In this document: positions 20,618 to 30,011 of the stretch, in pieces
Position numbering within the stretch: the stretch's first letter is position 1
How the letters are laid out: each line of letters starts with the position of its first letter
Origin: an uncultured Acidimicrobiia bacterium
Lineage (GTDB): Bacteria > Actinomycetota > Acidimicrobiia > Acidimicrobiales > JACDCH01
DNA: 64,000 bases
NCBI GenBank assembly: GCA_963721305.1
Contig: CAVRIR010000002.1
Location: 174,000 to 237,999, forward strand
Reading direction: 5' to 3'
The notes under the pieces: model-generated
What the model was told of the DNA's origin: nothing
The model's database searches: none
Seen by the model: only the letters and a program-made list of their open reading frames with translations
Program-made: the position numbers and the translations under genes

Positions 20618-22333
20618 TCAGGTCCAGCCCTTCTTGTCGATCAGCGCCATCAGGTTGCGCTTGCGGGCATGCTCCGCTGACACGGCATCAAGCAGCTCGG
20701 TGAATCGCCCGGGTTCGCCAGCCTTGTCGGCCAACGTGCGGATGCGAGCGAGGAGGTCGACCGCGGCCCGGTAGCCGCCATTCTTCTTCGTGTCGATCTG
20801 CGCGACCATGGCGCGTTCGTAGATCGGGATGGCGTCGAGGGGATGTGTCGCTTCTCGGGCCCTTGCCAGCGTGATCCACGTACGTTCGTCGCAGCCGTAT
20901 GCCGACGCGGCTTCCCACGCGTCGTCAACGTCGCCTTCGTACAGCAGGATCTCCACGAGCGTCGGCGCCGGGCCTCGGTCGAGCAGCGGGTTCCGCGTGT
21001 GCGCTTCAATGTCGCCGGCGTCGAGGCGCGCTCGCAGCAGGCCAATTGCCTGGCTTCGGCGGGCGCCAGCATCGGCACTCTCGGCGAGGAGCTTGCGGTA
21101 TCCGTCGAGCGAAGGGTGTCGTTCGAACGCGTCCCACCACAGCTCCTCGGCGCCCTTGTCGTCGCCGGTGGCGCGCAGCTGCGCAGCGAGGAAGTCGCAC
21201 AGAGGCGGCGTCTGCCAGTGCCGGTCAGCGAACGCGGCCAAACCGCGGCGTGCCCAGTCGACCGCATCGGCCTGGCGGCCCGCCTCTGCAAGTTCGGCCG
21301 CGATCTCGAGGTAGGCGTCAGGTGTGCGCATGTCGTCGCCGCGGATCGCGATGAGATCGTCAGGGTCGCCGCCGGCCTGCGCGATGCCGATCATCGCCTC
21401 GCGTGCCCGGAACGCCACGTGCGAGTGCGGATCCTTCGCGTTCTTCGAGGCCTTCCACTTCGGTTCGACGATCTTCCTGTAGGCGGCGATGCCGTCTTCG
21501 CCAAGGACGTCCGCGTAGGTGGCGGCAGCCCGGTGGAAGGAGTCGAGTTCGCTGGTCAGCTCGAGCTCCGCAAGGCGGCGCGCCAAGTCCACCGGATCCG
21601 GCCGCGAGTGCTCGCACGCCCGAAGGTGCAGCTCGCCGAGACGGCCGGAGATGTCGGTGAGCCAGCCGTCGCTGTCATCGACGAACTGCACGGCGGCATC
21701 AGCGCGGCGGTGGGCGTGCTCGACGAGGCCGACGACCGCGGCCGCTTGGCCTGCGTCGGCGAGATCGCCGAGCGCATCGATGACCTCGAAGATGTCCTGC
21801 GCCCAACCGCCGGCCTCCGCGTAAGGAACGAAGTAGCGGCTGTCGCCGAACACAGCGTCGATTCGCGCTTTCCAGGTACGAACATCCAGCACTCCACCTC
21901 CAAATGCGAGGGCCCGAGCGATCAGCCGCTCACGGAGGCGCCAGTCAGCGTCGACCTGCTCCAGCAGCAGCTCGACCAGCTCGTCGCTCTTGAGACTCGA
22001 CAGAAACCTGACGAGGTCCGGGCCGTCGTCGGGCTTGGCGCGCGGAGACCGCCGCTGGCCGGGCTCCTCGCTGGCGACCTCGAGCGCAACCGCCACGCAG
22101 TGCTTGCAGAAGGCCCCGTCCTCCCCGACTGGGCACGTGCAGGACCATGTCAGCTTCGGTGCTCGGCGCAGCTCGACGCGGTACGGCATCGAGCCACGGA
22201 CGGTTGCGGTCACGACGTCGGCGCGTTGGCCTTTGACCTCGACGCGGCCCTGGTGCTGGTAGGCGAGACCGCGCACGAACGACCGCGGGTCAGCCAATCC
22301 CTCGATCTCATCTCGAGTCCAGGCGGCCGGCAT
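20618..22333 (-). CDS. SWIM zinc-finger protein with helical-repeat C-terminus
   Basis: ATVRGSMPYRV, WSCTCPVGEDGAFCKHCVA (CxC...CxH). Confidence 0.85.
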   Translation of the reverse strand: MPAAWTRDEIEGLADPRSFVRGLAYQHQGRVEVKGQRADVVTATVRGSMPYRVELRRAPKLTWSCTCPVGEDGAFCKHCVAVALEVASEEPGQRRSPRAKPDDGPDLVRFLSSLKSDELVELLLEQVDADWRLRERLIARALAFGGGVLDVRTWKARIDAVFGDSRYFVPYAEAGGWAQDIFEVIDALGDLADAGQAAAVVGLVEHAHRRADAAVQFVDDSDGWLTDISGRLGELHLRACEHSRPDPVDLARRLAELELTSELDSFHRAAATYADVLGEDGIAAYRKIVEPKWKASKNAKDPHSHVAFRAREAMIGIAQAGGDPDDLIAIRGDDMRTPDAYLEIAAELAEAGRQADAVDWARRGLAAFADRHWQTPPLCDFLAAQLRATGDDKGAEELWWDAFERHPSLDGYRKLLAESADAGARRSQAIGLLRARLDAGDIEAHTRNPLLDRGPAPTLVEILLYEGDVDDAWEAASAYGCDERTWITLARAREATHPLDAIPIYERAMVAQIDTKKNGGYRAAVDLLARIRTLADKAGEPGRFTELLDAVSAEHARKRNLMALIDKKGWT

Positions 22334-22383
22334 CTGCTGATTCTCGCCGCGTGCCCGAACCTGTTTCCGGCCGTCGACTCCTC

Positions 22384-22833
22384 TCATTGCCCCAGCGGCG
22401 GCGCGCCGGCCTCCTCCACGCCGGCGGCAACGAGGCGGCGGCACGCCCGCTCCCATCGTTGGGTGTCCTCGACTACGAGGTCCTCCACCACCTTGGCCCA
22501 ACGCAGGCTCAAGAAGTGGGCGAACTGGTTCTCATAGGGCTGACCGTCGACAGAGCCGTGGATGTGCACGTGCGCGGCGAGCTGCTGGTTCCACGGCGGG
22601 CCGCTCACCACCACCCGCTGTACCTCGAAGCGCGGGCTCGGCAGTAGGCGAGCGAAGCGTTCGAACCAGCGACGAATGTCGGCGTCACGGACCGCGGTGG
22701 CACCGAGCGGGGTGTCGCCGACGAACGTGAGGGTGCAGCCCGCGGCGAACCGGCCGAGGAGGGCATCCAGGTCGCCCCGCTCCAGGTCGGTGAGCCCCCG
22801 CCGGTACATGCGACGGCTGATGGCTTTGATCAA
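22384..22833 (-). CDS. SnoaL/NTF2-like protein
   Basis: GDLDALLGRFAAGCTLTFVG, YENQFAHFLSLRWAKVVED. Confidence 0.75.
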   Translation of the reverse strand: MIKAISRRMYRRGLTDLERGDLDALLGRFAAGCTLTFVGDTPLGATAVRDADIRRWFERFARLLPSPRFEVQRVVVSGPPWNQQLAAHVHIHGSVDGQPYENQFAHFLSLRWAKVVEDLVVEDTQRWERACRRLVAAGVEEAGAPPLGQ

Positions 22834-22860
22834 CGTTCCTGACTCCTCGTGCTCATAAGA

Positions 22861-22902
22861 TTGACACTGTCAACCTTCGCGAAAGGAGATAGACACTGTC
22901 AA
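22861..22902. promoter_or_regulatory. Twin palindromic TetR operators
   Basis: TTGACA-C-TGTCAA (22861-22873) and TAGACA-C-TGTCAA (22890-22902) between divergent genes. Confidence 0.7.
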
Positions 22903-23513
22903 GGAGCAAGCGGCCCGCGCCCCGCGCCGTCGGCGAGCACTTTGTCGGCGATCTGCGCCGTGCACTACTCGACACGGCCGCGGCCGCGCTCGACGAGCGC
23001 GGCGCCGACGCCCTCAGCCTTCGCGACGTCGCGCGCCGCTGCGGGGTGTCGCACGCCGCGCCCGCCCACCACTTCGGCGACAAGACCGGGCTGCTCACCG
23101 GCGTCGCGACCGAAGGCTTCACGCTGTTCATCGAGCATCTGGCGAGCGCACTAACCAAGGGCACACACGACCCCGTCGCCCAGCTCGGCACACTCGCACG
23201 CGCCTACGCGGACTTCGCCGACCGCCACCCGGGCCACGTGGAGGTGATGTTCCGGCCCGGCCTCACACGAGTCGACGATCCCGACTACGACGCCGCCAGT
23301 CACGCGGCGTTCGGTCTCCTCCACGCCCACATCATCCGCTGCCAAGAAGCCGGGTGGAACCAAGACGAAGACTCCCGCGCCCTCGCAGCTGCCGCCTGGT
23401 CTCTGGCACACGGCATCACCGTCCTGCGCGCGCAGGGGTCGCTCGGCAAGCACTACCCCGACGACTCCCTCGACGGTGTCGTCGCCATCGCGTCGACCCT
23501 CGTCACGAGATGA
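22896..23513 (+). CDS. TetR/AcrR regulator with WHG-type C-terminal domain; apparent CTG start
   Basis: Open frame from 22896: GDLRRALLDTA..LSLRDVARRCGVSHAAPAHHFGDKTGLL; AWSLAHG; GAAAGGAG RBS upstream of CTG. Confidence 0.8.
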   Translation: MSRSKRPAPRAVGEHFVGDLRRALLDTAAAALDERGADALSLRDVARRCGVSHAAPAHHFGDKTGLLTGVATEGFTLFIEHLASALTKGTHDPVAQLGTLARAYADFADRHPGHVEVMFRPGLTRVDDPDYDAASHAAFGLLHAHIIRCQEAGWNQDEDSRALAAAAWSLAHGITVLRAQGSLGKHYPDDSLDGVVAIASTLVTR

Positions 23514-23597
23514 CCTCGTGGAGCACGTACAGCTCGAAGTCGGCTAGGCGCTCACTTCGAAGCAATCTGGCCGCGCCTGTCGCAGGCCAGCGCGCAG

Positions 23598-24053
23598 CTA
23601 CTTGACCGTGAACGACACCGACGCACTCGGCTGGTTCGCGAACGGGGCATGGTCGGACGCCACGAACACGCCCTCAACGACGTGAGGACCGGGCGGGACG
23701 TCGAAGAGGGGCACCTCGGTCGTATCCACGACCTCGAGCTGCCTGTTGTCGAGGGAGAGATGGATGAACCCCTCGTCGGGTTTTATGTTCGCCGTCGTCT
23801 GTGGTGCGAATTTCGCATCAGTCAGCTTGAACACGATCGTTGGGTTGGCGTCGGTGACCTGGTTCGGCGTGGGTTGGACGATCTCGAGTTGAGCGGGCGT
23901 GGTGGGTCGGCCCCCAGCGGGGGAGCTGATCGGACCCGACGCATTCGTCGAATTGGAGCTCGAACCGCTCGCGCTCGAACCACCGCCACAGGCGGTCAGC
24001 ATTGCGGCGAGCAGGAGGGACGGGCCGAGTCGAGAAAGCCGGGTTCGCGTCAT
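23598..24053 (-). CDS. Lipoprotein with Ig-like His-containing domain (DUF4399-like)
   Basis: Lipobox MLTAC; EGFIHLSLD, GPHVVEG, SDHAPF. Confidence 0.65.
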   Translation of the reverse strand: MTRTRLSRLGPSLLLAAMLTACGGGSSASGSSSNSTNASGPISSPAGGRPTTPAQLEIVQPTPNQVTDANPTIVFKLTDAKFAPQTTANIKPDEGFIHLSLDNRQLEVVDTTEVPLFDVPPGPHVVEGVFVASDHAPFANQPSASVSFTVK

Positions 24054-24457
24054 GGAACAACATTCTCGCGTGCCTGGCGGGCGGTGGGCCGCGGTCCGCA
24101 GATAGACGCCACCGCACTGCCAACTCCCGCGACCGCCGGCCTGTTCGATGAACCCGCCGCGCTTCATCTGTCGACGTTCCGATGCTCGGCGACGCGCTTG
24201 GCTGCCTTCTTGACCCCTGAAAGTGCGTCGTCCGGCGGGTATCCTGCGGGTTCGGGCGCGCCGGGAAGTCTGTCGGCATCCGGCAGGCGACCCTGAGGCT
24301 TCCGTGGAAAGGCGTCGCACATGACCCGCTGGTCCCCGTCGTTCGGCGTGGCGCCGCGACGCCTTCCATACGAACCCTTGAGCTGTTCGAAGGGCGGCCA
24401 CACTGCGCGCACAAACCGCCATACATTGTCGGCACCGCAAAGCGAGAGGACCTCGCC

Positions 24458-25642
24458 GTGACATTCGCATCCGACCCGCCCGTCCCCCTCGGCAACGACC
24501 AGGAGCTCGATCCCGCGCCCTCACGACGCGAGCTGCCATCGGTGGAGTTGCTGAGGATCGCCGCAATTGCCTCGATTGCCGCGGGCATCGTCAACTCCGG
24601 AGCGATCGCCGCCCACAGCGATCACCGTGCGGCCGTGTGGACGTTCCTCGTCGTGGCGGTCGTGCAGGTCGGTTGGGGCGCATTCGCCCTCGCCCGCCCG
24701 CTCCGGTGGGTCGCCCTCGTCGGCGCCGCGCTCGGACTCGTGGCATTCGCCGGATGGGTCGTCGCCACCACGAACAGTCGCGGCATCTGGTTCATCAGTG
24801 GGCTCAACACGAAGCAGTCGATCCAGTTCGCCGACGGGCTGTGCGCCGCCTTGGCGCTGATCACGTTGCTTGGCGCATCTGCGTCGTTGACCGTCCGACT
24901 TCGCGACCTGCCGCGCGGACTCGTCTTCGCGGTTGCCGTTGTGCTGCTCATCGTCGCCGGACCCGGCACCGCGTCAGCCGTCAACCACTCGCAGAACGAG
25001 AAGACCGTGGTGTCGACCGCAGCCGCACCCGTCGCATCGGCGCCGGCCGTCACAACGCATCCTTACAACCCGTTGCTGCCGATCGACCTGAGTGGAGTCC
25101 CCGGCGTCACGCCTGAGGAGCAAGCGCGCGCCGAGAACTTGGTTGCCGCGACGGTCGATCTCCTGCCGCAGTGGTCGGACCCCGCGTACGACCAAGCGCA
25201 CGGATTCTTCTCGATCGGCGACGGTGTCACCGGTACGGAGCACTACCTCAACATGCAGTTCATTCAGGACAACGCGATGCTCGACCCTGACCGGCCCGAG
25301 TCGCTGGTCTTCGACACGACCGTCCATCCGAAGAAGCTCGTCGCCGCGATGTACATGGCCACGCCGGGCATGACCCTGCAGACGGTTCCGGACATCGGTG
25401 GACCACTGACGCAGTGGCACATCCACGACAACCTCTGCTTCACTGCGGCCGGAAAGGTCGGCGGGCTCACCCAGCCGGACGGAAGCTGCGCTGCGCCCCT
25501 GACCAAGGGCGCTCTGATACCGATGATCCACGTGTGGATCGAGCCGCACAAGTGCGGACCGTTCGCGGCGCTCGAGGGCGTCGGCGGCGGCCAGATCGCG
25601 GCCGGACAAACAGTCGCCTGCGACCAATTGCACAGCGGCTGA
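24458..25642 (+). CDS. Multi-TM protein with extracytoplasmic His/Met-rich domain, possibly metal-binding
   Basis: About five TMs, then EHYLN, DPDRPESLVF, LVAAMYM, QWHIHDNLC, MIHVW, KCGPF. Confidence 0.6.
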   Translation: MTFASDPPVPLGNDQELDPAPSRRELPSVELLRIAAIASIAAGIVNSGAIAAHSDHRAAVWTFLVVAVVQVGWGAFALARPLRWVALVGAALGLVAFAGWVVATTNSRGIWFISGLNTKQSIQFADGLCAALALITLLGASASLTVRLRDLPRGLVFAVAVVLLIVAGPGTASAVNHSQNEKTVVSTAAAPVASAPAVTTHPYNPLLPIDLSGVPGVTPEEQARAENLVAATVDLLPQWSDPAYDQAHGFFSIGDGVTGTEHYLNMQFIQDNAMLDPDRPESLVFDTTVHPKKLVAAMYMATPGMTLQTVPDIGGPLTQWHIHDNLCFTAAGKVGGLTQPDGSCAAPLTKGALIPMIHVWIEPHKCGPFAALEGVGGGQIAAGQTVACDQLHSG

Positions 25643-25842
25643 CATCGCTGCTCGGCTTCGGGACGTCACGCACGGACCAAATTGAGCGATTCAGCTGACT
25701 TTTACGATGTCGCGGCCGGCCGGTGCCGTGGGTCACGCACCCGGATCGGTTCGTGAGCGCTGGCCCACTTCGTCCGGACCAGCCGCGGCCCGCCTCCGCT
25801 GGTGCGTTCGATGCCCTGAACCAACATCCAGAGAGGAGAGAC

Positions 25843-26526
25843 ATGCGTGACCATTTGCGTCGATGCGTCGTCGCGTCGACGGCGCTCGTGGCGGGAGTGT
25901 TGGTGAGCTTCGCGATGGCCGGTCCCGCGTTCGCGCACGAGCAGCGAACAGTCGGCAGCTTCCACGTCGAGGTCGGTTGGGGCGACGAGCCGACCTACGC
26001 CGGGTTCAAGAACAGTGTCCAACTCATCCTCACGGACGCCAACGACCAGCCGGTGACCGACCTCGGCGACTCGTTGAAGGTCGAGGTGAAGTCAGGGGAC
26101 CAGACGATGACGCTGCCGGTGGAGCCCGACTTCTCGGTCGGCGATGACCCGTCCGGCGTACCCGGCGACTATCGGGCCTGGCTCATCCCTACCGCCCCCG
26201 GGACCTATTCGTTCCACTTCACCGGGACGATCCACGGGGAAGCGGTCGACCAGACGTTCACGTCGTCCGACACGACGTTCGACGACGTCGGTGATCCCGC
26301 GAGCATCGAGTTCCCGTCCAAGGACCCGACGACCGGTCAACTCGCGGACCGGCTCGACCGCGAAACGGCCCGGCTCGGTGACACGGCCAACGCGGCGGCG
26401 AGCAAAGCGAGCAAGGCCAAGGACGACGCCGCCCGTATCCAGTTGATCGCGATCGCGGGGCTCGTCGTCGCGGTCGGTGCGTTGGCCGTCGCCATCATCG
26501 CCGTCCGCCGGCGGCAGCCGGCGTAG
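25843..26526 (+). CDS. Secreted, C-terminally anchored protein with N-terminal His (YcnI-like position)
   Basis: RBS GAGAGGAG; signal peptide ending AFA|HE; C-terminal TM followed by RRRQ. Confidence 0.65.
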   Translation: MRDHLRRCVVASTALVAGVLVSFAMAGPAFAHEQRTVGSFHVEVGWGDEPTYAGFKNSVQLILTDANDQPVTDLGDSLKVEVKSGDQTMTLPVEPDFSVGDDPSGVPGDYRAWLIPTAPGTYSFHFTGTIHGEAVDQTFTSSDTTFDDVGDPASIEFPSKDPTTGQLADRLDRETARLGDTANAAASKASKAKDDAARIQLIAIAGLVVAVGALAVAIIAVRRRQPA

Positions 26527-26530
26527 TCGG

Positions 26531-28486
26531 ATGTTCCGTCGCGCGCTGGCAGCGCTCGGGCTGATGGCCGCCGTCCTCGTGCTCACGACGACGGCGGCAT
26601 CGGCCCACGCGCTGCTGGCGCGCTCGGAACCGGCGCCCGGCGCGGCGCTCGCGTCCTCGCCGACCGAGGTCGTCCTCCACTTCACCGAACAGCCGGATTC
26701 GAGCCTCTCGCTGGTGCACGTGGTCGACCAGTCGGGCAAGGCGGTCGAACAAGGTCCGGCGTCCGTCGATCCGAATGATGCGCAGACGTTGCGCGTCGGC
26801 GTCCCGACGCTGTCGACCGGGACCTACACGGTGACGTGGCGCACGACGTCCTCCGTCGACGGTCACACGACGGCCGGGTCCTTCGCCTTCGGTGTGGGGC
26901 AGGCACCTGCGGCGGGCGCGGCATCGGTGACCGCCACCGGGTCGACGCCGTCGCCGACGGTGCTCGGCGTCGTCGGACGCGGGCTGCTGTACGCGGGGCT
27001 CGCGCTGCTCGTCGGTGGTCCCGCGCTGATGCTCGCCCTCGGCATCCGGCGCATCGAACCGTGGGCCGTTGCGCTCACCATTGGCGCGTGGTGCGCGGCG
27101 ACCGGCGGCGGTGTGATGGTCGGCCTCGACGAGTATCGGTCGTCCGGCGCGTCGCTGAAGCTGTTCTTGCAATCAACACCCGGCCGGCACTGGACGCAGC
27201 TGTTGCTGGTGTTGTTCGTCACCGCGATCGCCGTGGCCGTGTTCGCGCGCAGTCGCCGCCGCGGGCCACTCGTCGGCGTCGGCGTGCTCGCGCTGGTTGC
27301 AATGTTGTTGCGCGCCGACGCGGGACATGCAGCCGCATCGACCGCGGTTTGGTTCACCGTCGGCACCCAGTGGCTGCACTTCGCGGCCGTGGGCGTGTGG
27401 CTCGGAGCACTCCCATGGTTCGCGGTGATGCTGTGGCGGACACCGGCCGACGCGCGGGGTGCACTGGCGAAGCGTTTCTCGCTCGTGGCGACAGTCGGCA
27501 TCCTCGTCGTCGCCGCGACGGGCACGGTGCGGGCCTTCGACGAGGTCAGCAGTTGGGGACAGCTGCTGCACAACTCCTTCGGACGGACGCTGTCGATCAA
27601 GGTCGGACTCGTCGCGGTGATCGCCGCGGTCGGCGCCCTGAACCACTTCGTCCTGACGCGGCGCCTACCCGCGCGCACCTCTGCGCTCCGGCGATCTGTC
27701 GTGGTCGAGATCGCGGTCGGCGTGGGGGTCGTCATGGTGACCGGTCTGCTCACCGGGCTCGCGCCCGCGTCGTCGCTGGCGGCCGCGACGACACCCCCTG
27801 CAACCGCTCAGATGACGGTCGAGGGTCATGACTACGCGACGACGACGCGTGTCGAGCTCGTGGTCACGCCGGGCATCGTCGGTTCCAACCGCTTCACCGC
27901 CACGGTCACCGACTACGACACACGCCAGCCGGTCGACGCCCGAACGGTGAAGTTGAAGTTCGCGCTCTCGTCCCGTCCCGATCTCGGCAACACGTCGCTC
28001 GATCTCGCACCTGCAGGGAGCGGCCGATGGGAGGCGTCGGGCGCGACGCTCGCGATGCCGGGCGTGTGGCAGCTCACGGCGGTCGTGAACGACGCCAATG
28101 GTGGCGTCGAGGTGCCGCTCCTCGTCACGCCGACGATCGCCGGTCAACAGACGACGGTCACGCCCGGGGCGCCGACGATCTACGACATGCGCACCATCGA
28201 GGGCTTCCGCCTCCAGACCTACGTCGACCCCGGCCATGCCGGGCTCGACCAACTCCACGTCACGGCCTTCGACAGCGCCGGCAACGAGCAGCCGCTCGAC
28301 ACCGTTGCCATGGTCGCGTACGCGCCGGATGGAAGCGCGACCACACTGACGCCGACCCGACTAGATGCTGGCCACTTCGTGGCCCCGGTCACGCTGACGG
28401 CGGGCACGTGGACCTATGTCATCACTGCGACCTCGGCGGGACGCACCACCACCGCAATGTTCCAAGATCCCGCAGCGGGACAATGA
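26531..28486 (+). CDS. CopC-CopD fusion copper uptake/resistance protein with YtkA-like C-terminal domains
   Basis: ASA|HALLARSEPAPGA, YTVTWRTTSSVDGHTTAGSFAF (CopC); AGHAA, QWLHFAAVGVWLG, FGRTLSIKVGLV (CopD). Confidence 0.9.
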   Translation: MFRRALAALGLMAAVLVLTTTAASAHALLARSEPAPGAALASSPTEVVLHFTEQPDSSLSLVHVVDQSGKAVEQGPASVDPNDAQTLRVGVPTLSTGTYTVTWRTTSSVDGHTTAGSFAFGVGQAPAAGAASVTATGSTPSPTVLGVVGRGLLYAGLALLVGGPALMLALGIRRIEPWAVALTIGAWCAATGGGVMVGLDEYRSSGASLKLFLQSTPGRHWTQLLLVLFVTAIAVAVFARSRRRGPLVGVGVLALVAMLLRADAGHAAASTAVWFTVGTQWLHFAAVGVWLGALPWFAVMLWRTPADARGALAKRFSLVATVGILVVAATGTVRAFDEVSSWGQLLHNSFGRTLSIKVGLVAVIAAVGALNHFVLTRRLPARTSALRRSVVVEIAVGVGVVMVTGLLTGLAPASSLAAATTPPATAQMTVEGHDYATTTRVELVVTPGIVGSNRFTATVTDYDTRQPVDARTVKLKFALSSRPDLGNTSLDLAPAGSGRWEASGATLAMPGVWQLTAVVNDANGGVEVPLLVTPTIAGQQTTVTPGAPTIYDMRTIEGFRLQTYVDPGHAGLDQLHVTAFDSAGNEQPLDTVAMVAYAPDGSATTLTPTRLDAGHFVAPVTLTAGTWTYVITATSAGRTTTAMFQDPAAGQ

Positions 28487-28790
28487 CTTCGCGCGCCGCC
28501 CGACCAGGGACGTGCGCGGTTCGAACTCCCATGGGTCCTCACATTCGTCGTACAGCCGATCCGCCCGCTCCTCTACGTATACGGGGACGCTGAGGCGAGA
28601 GCCCATTCGGGGTTGCCGCGAGGTCTCGGCCGATCGTTGGGTTGCTCAGCGCGAGAGAACAATGAGTTCGATGGCGATGACGTGGACCCAGGCGACCCAG
28701 GAGTCTTCGAACAGGCGTTCGAAGACTCCGAAGATGTGTTTCAGTCGCGGCCTCGGATCGCGACGGCTGTCGCGATCGCCGTTCCGGTGA

Positions 28791-29050
28791 TCAGCCATTG
28801 GAGGACGTTGAGGAGCCATACGGCAACGGGCCGGACTCGACAGTCGCGAGTGTTCGGCCGTCTACCGAGATCACGTGAGTGTTGGCGGACGCGTCCATAT
28901 CGCCATGCACAGGTCCGCCGACCCAGACCTCGCCAAGCTTCTCGGCCACGGACTTCGATCGAACCCAACGGTTGCGATACCACTCGGCGCGGCCCTCGCG
29001 GAGCCGAACCCCGTGCACCATGCCGCTCTCGATGAACCAGTGGGTCGGTG
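28791..29050 (-). pseudogene. Internal fragment of a carotenoid/lignostilbene oxygenase (RPE65 family)
   Basis: HWF..GMVHGVRLREGRAEWYRNRWVRS, ANTHVI..GRTLATVESGPLPY; no start or C-terminal region. Confidence 0.7.
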
Positions 29051-29065
29051 ATCAGGGGCTGAGCG

Positions 29066-29895
29066 GTGGGGATGTCGAATGGCTGGCTTAGGAATGCCGC
29101 GCTGACGCGGCGCGCGCCGGCTCGAAGGTCGGGTCGGCCCGACGCATCGCATCGAACTCGCGCTGAATGGACAGGAACCGGCCGTGTGAGCTGTCTCCCA
29201 ATCGCCGAGGGCGCCTTCACCCTGCTCGATGATCGTCTGGATTGCGAGGAGTGCCGACTCGAGGTCTGTGACCGAGACGAGCTGCGGCCATCGGAAGAGC
29301 TCCGGTGTGGCCTGCGCATGCGGGGAGCCAACGAATACGGCGCGCTCGCCGTACGAGACGAGAGGTTCCGCAACCCATCGGCGATGCCGCGATATAGATG
29401 ACCGATGGTCGCGTACTCCTGGTCGCGCGGGAGCGTTTCGTTTGGGTCGACCGGGTCGCGGGGTGACGCGGTCTCGACGAACTGGGAGCCGTCGTCTCGC
29501 TGCATGCCTTCGGGTCGTTCAAGGAACAAGAAGTGATCGAGGGCCTCTTCGCCGAACGGCAACAGGTCGAGTCGTACCTCTGCCGGGAAATAGCCCGATC
29601 GCTGCGGAAAGTTCGGACGTCCGAGATTGGAGGCGGCTCCGATTGCGGACATCAGGTTGCCGACGAGCGCCATGTGCAGCATCTCCTCGATGGCGATCCC
29701 GCGCACTTTCGTGCGCCACCGGTCGACGGCGTTGGACTGCTCGGCGGTCAAGCCATCGCGAGCGCCGTCCTTGAGGCTGAACTGTGCGAACAGGTATTGA
29801 CACATGATCATGTGCTCGAGCTGCAGCGCCTCCGAGAGGAGCTGCGACAGGTGGTCGCGGTGTGCGATGACGATGTTGGGCTCGGAGGTGGTCAT
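29066..29895 (-). pseudogene. Truncated/frameshifted ferritin-like (VioB C-terminal type) protein
   Basis: ALQLEHMIMCQYLFAQFSLK, IAIEEMLHMALVGNL, FLFLERP, YATIGHLY. Confidence 0.7.
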
Positions 29896-30011
29896 GCGGT
29901 CCTGTCGCCGATTGCGGAATGGGTCCTTGCTGGAGGCGTTGGCCGATTCGTGGTGCCACCGTCGCACGACTGCTTGGTCGATCCCCTCCGTGAGACTGTG
30001 GCTGCTTGCTT

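Noticed and set aside
25707-25850. 47-aa ORF containing CVRC (possible Cu-sensing CxxC) overlapping the RGPP frame
   Set aside because: Composition looks like an off-frame translation and it overlaps the downstream start; it is not independent evidence.
28505-28545. GGTTCGAACTCCC resembling a tRNA T-loop
   Set aside because: No acceptor, D or anticodon arms could be folded around it.
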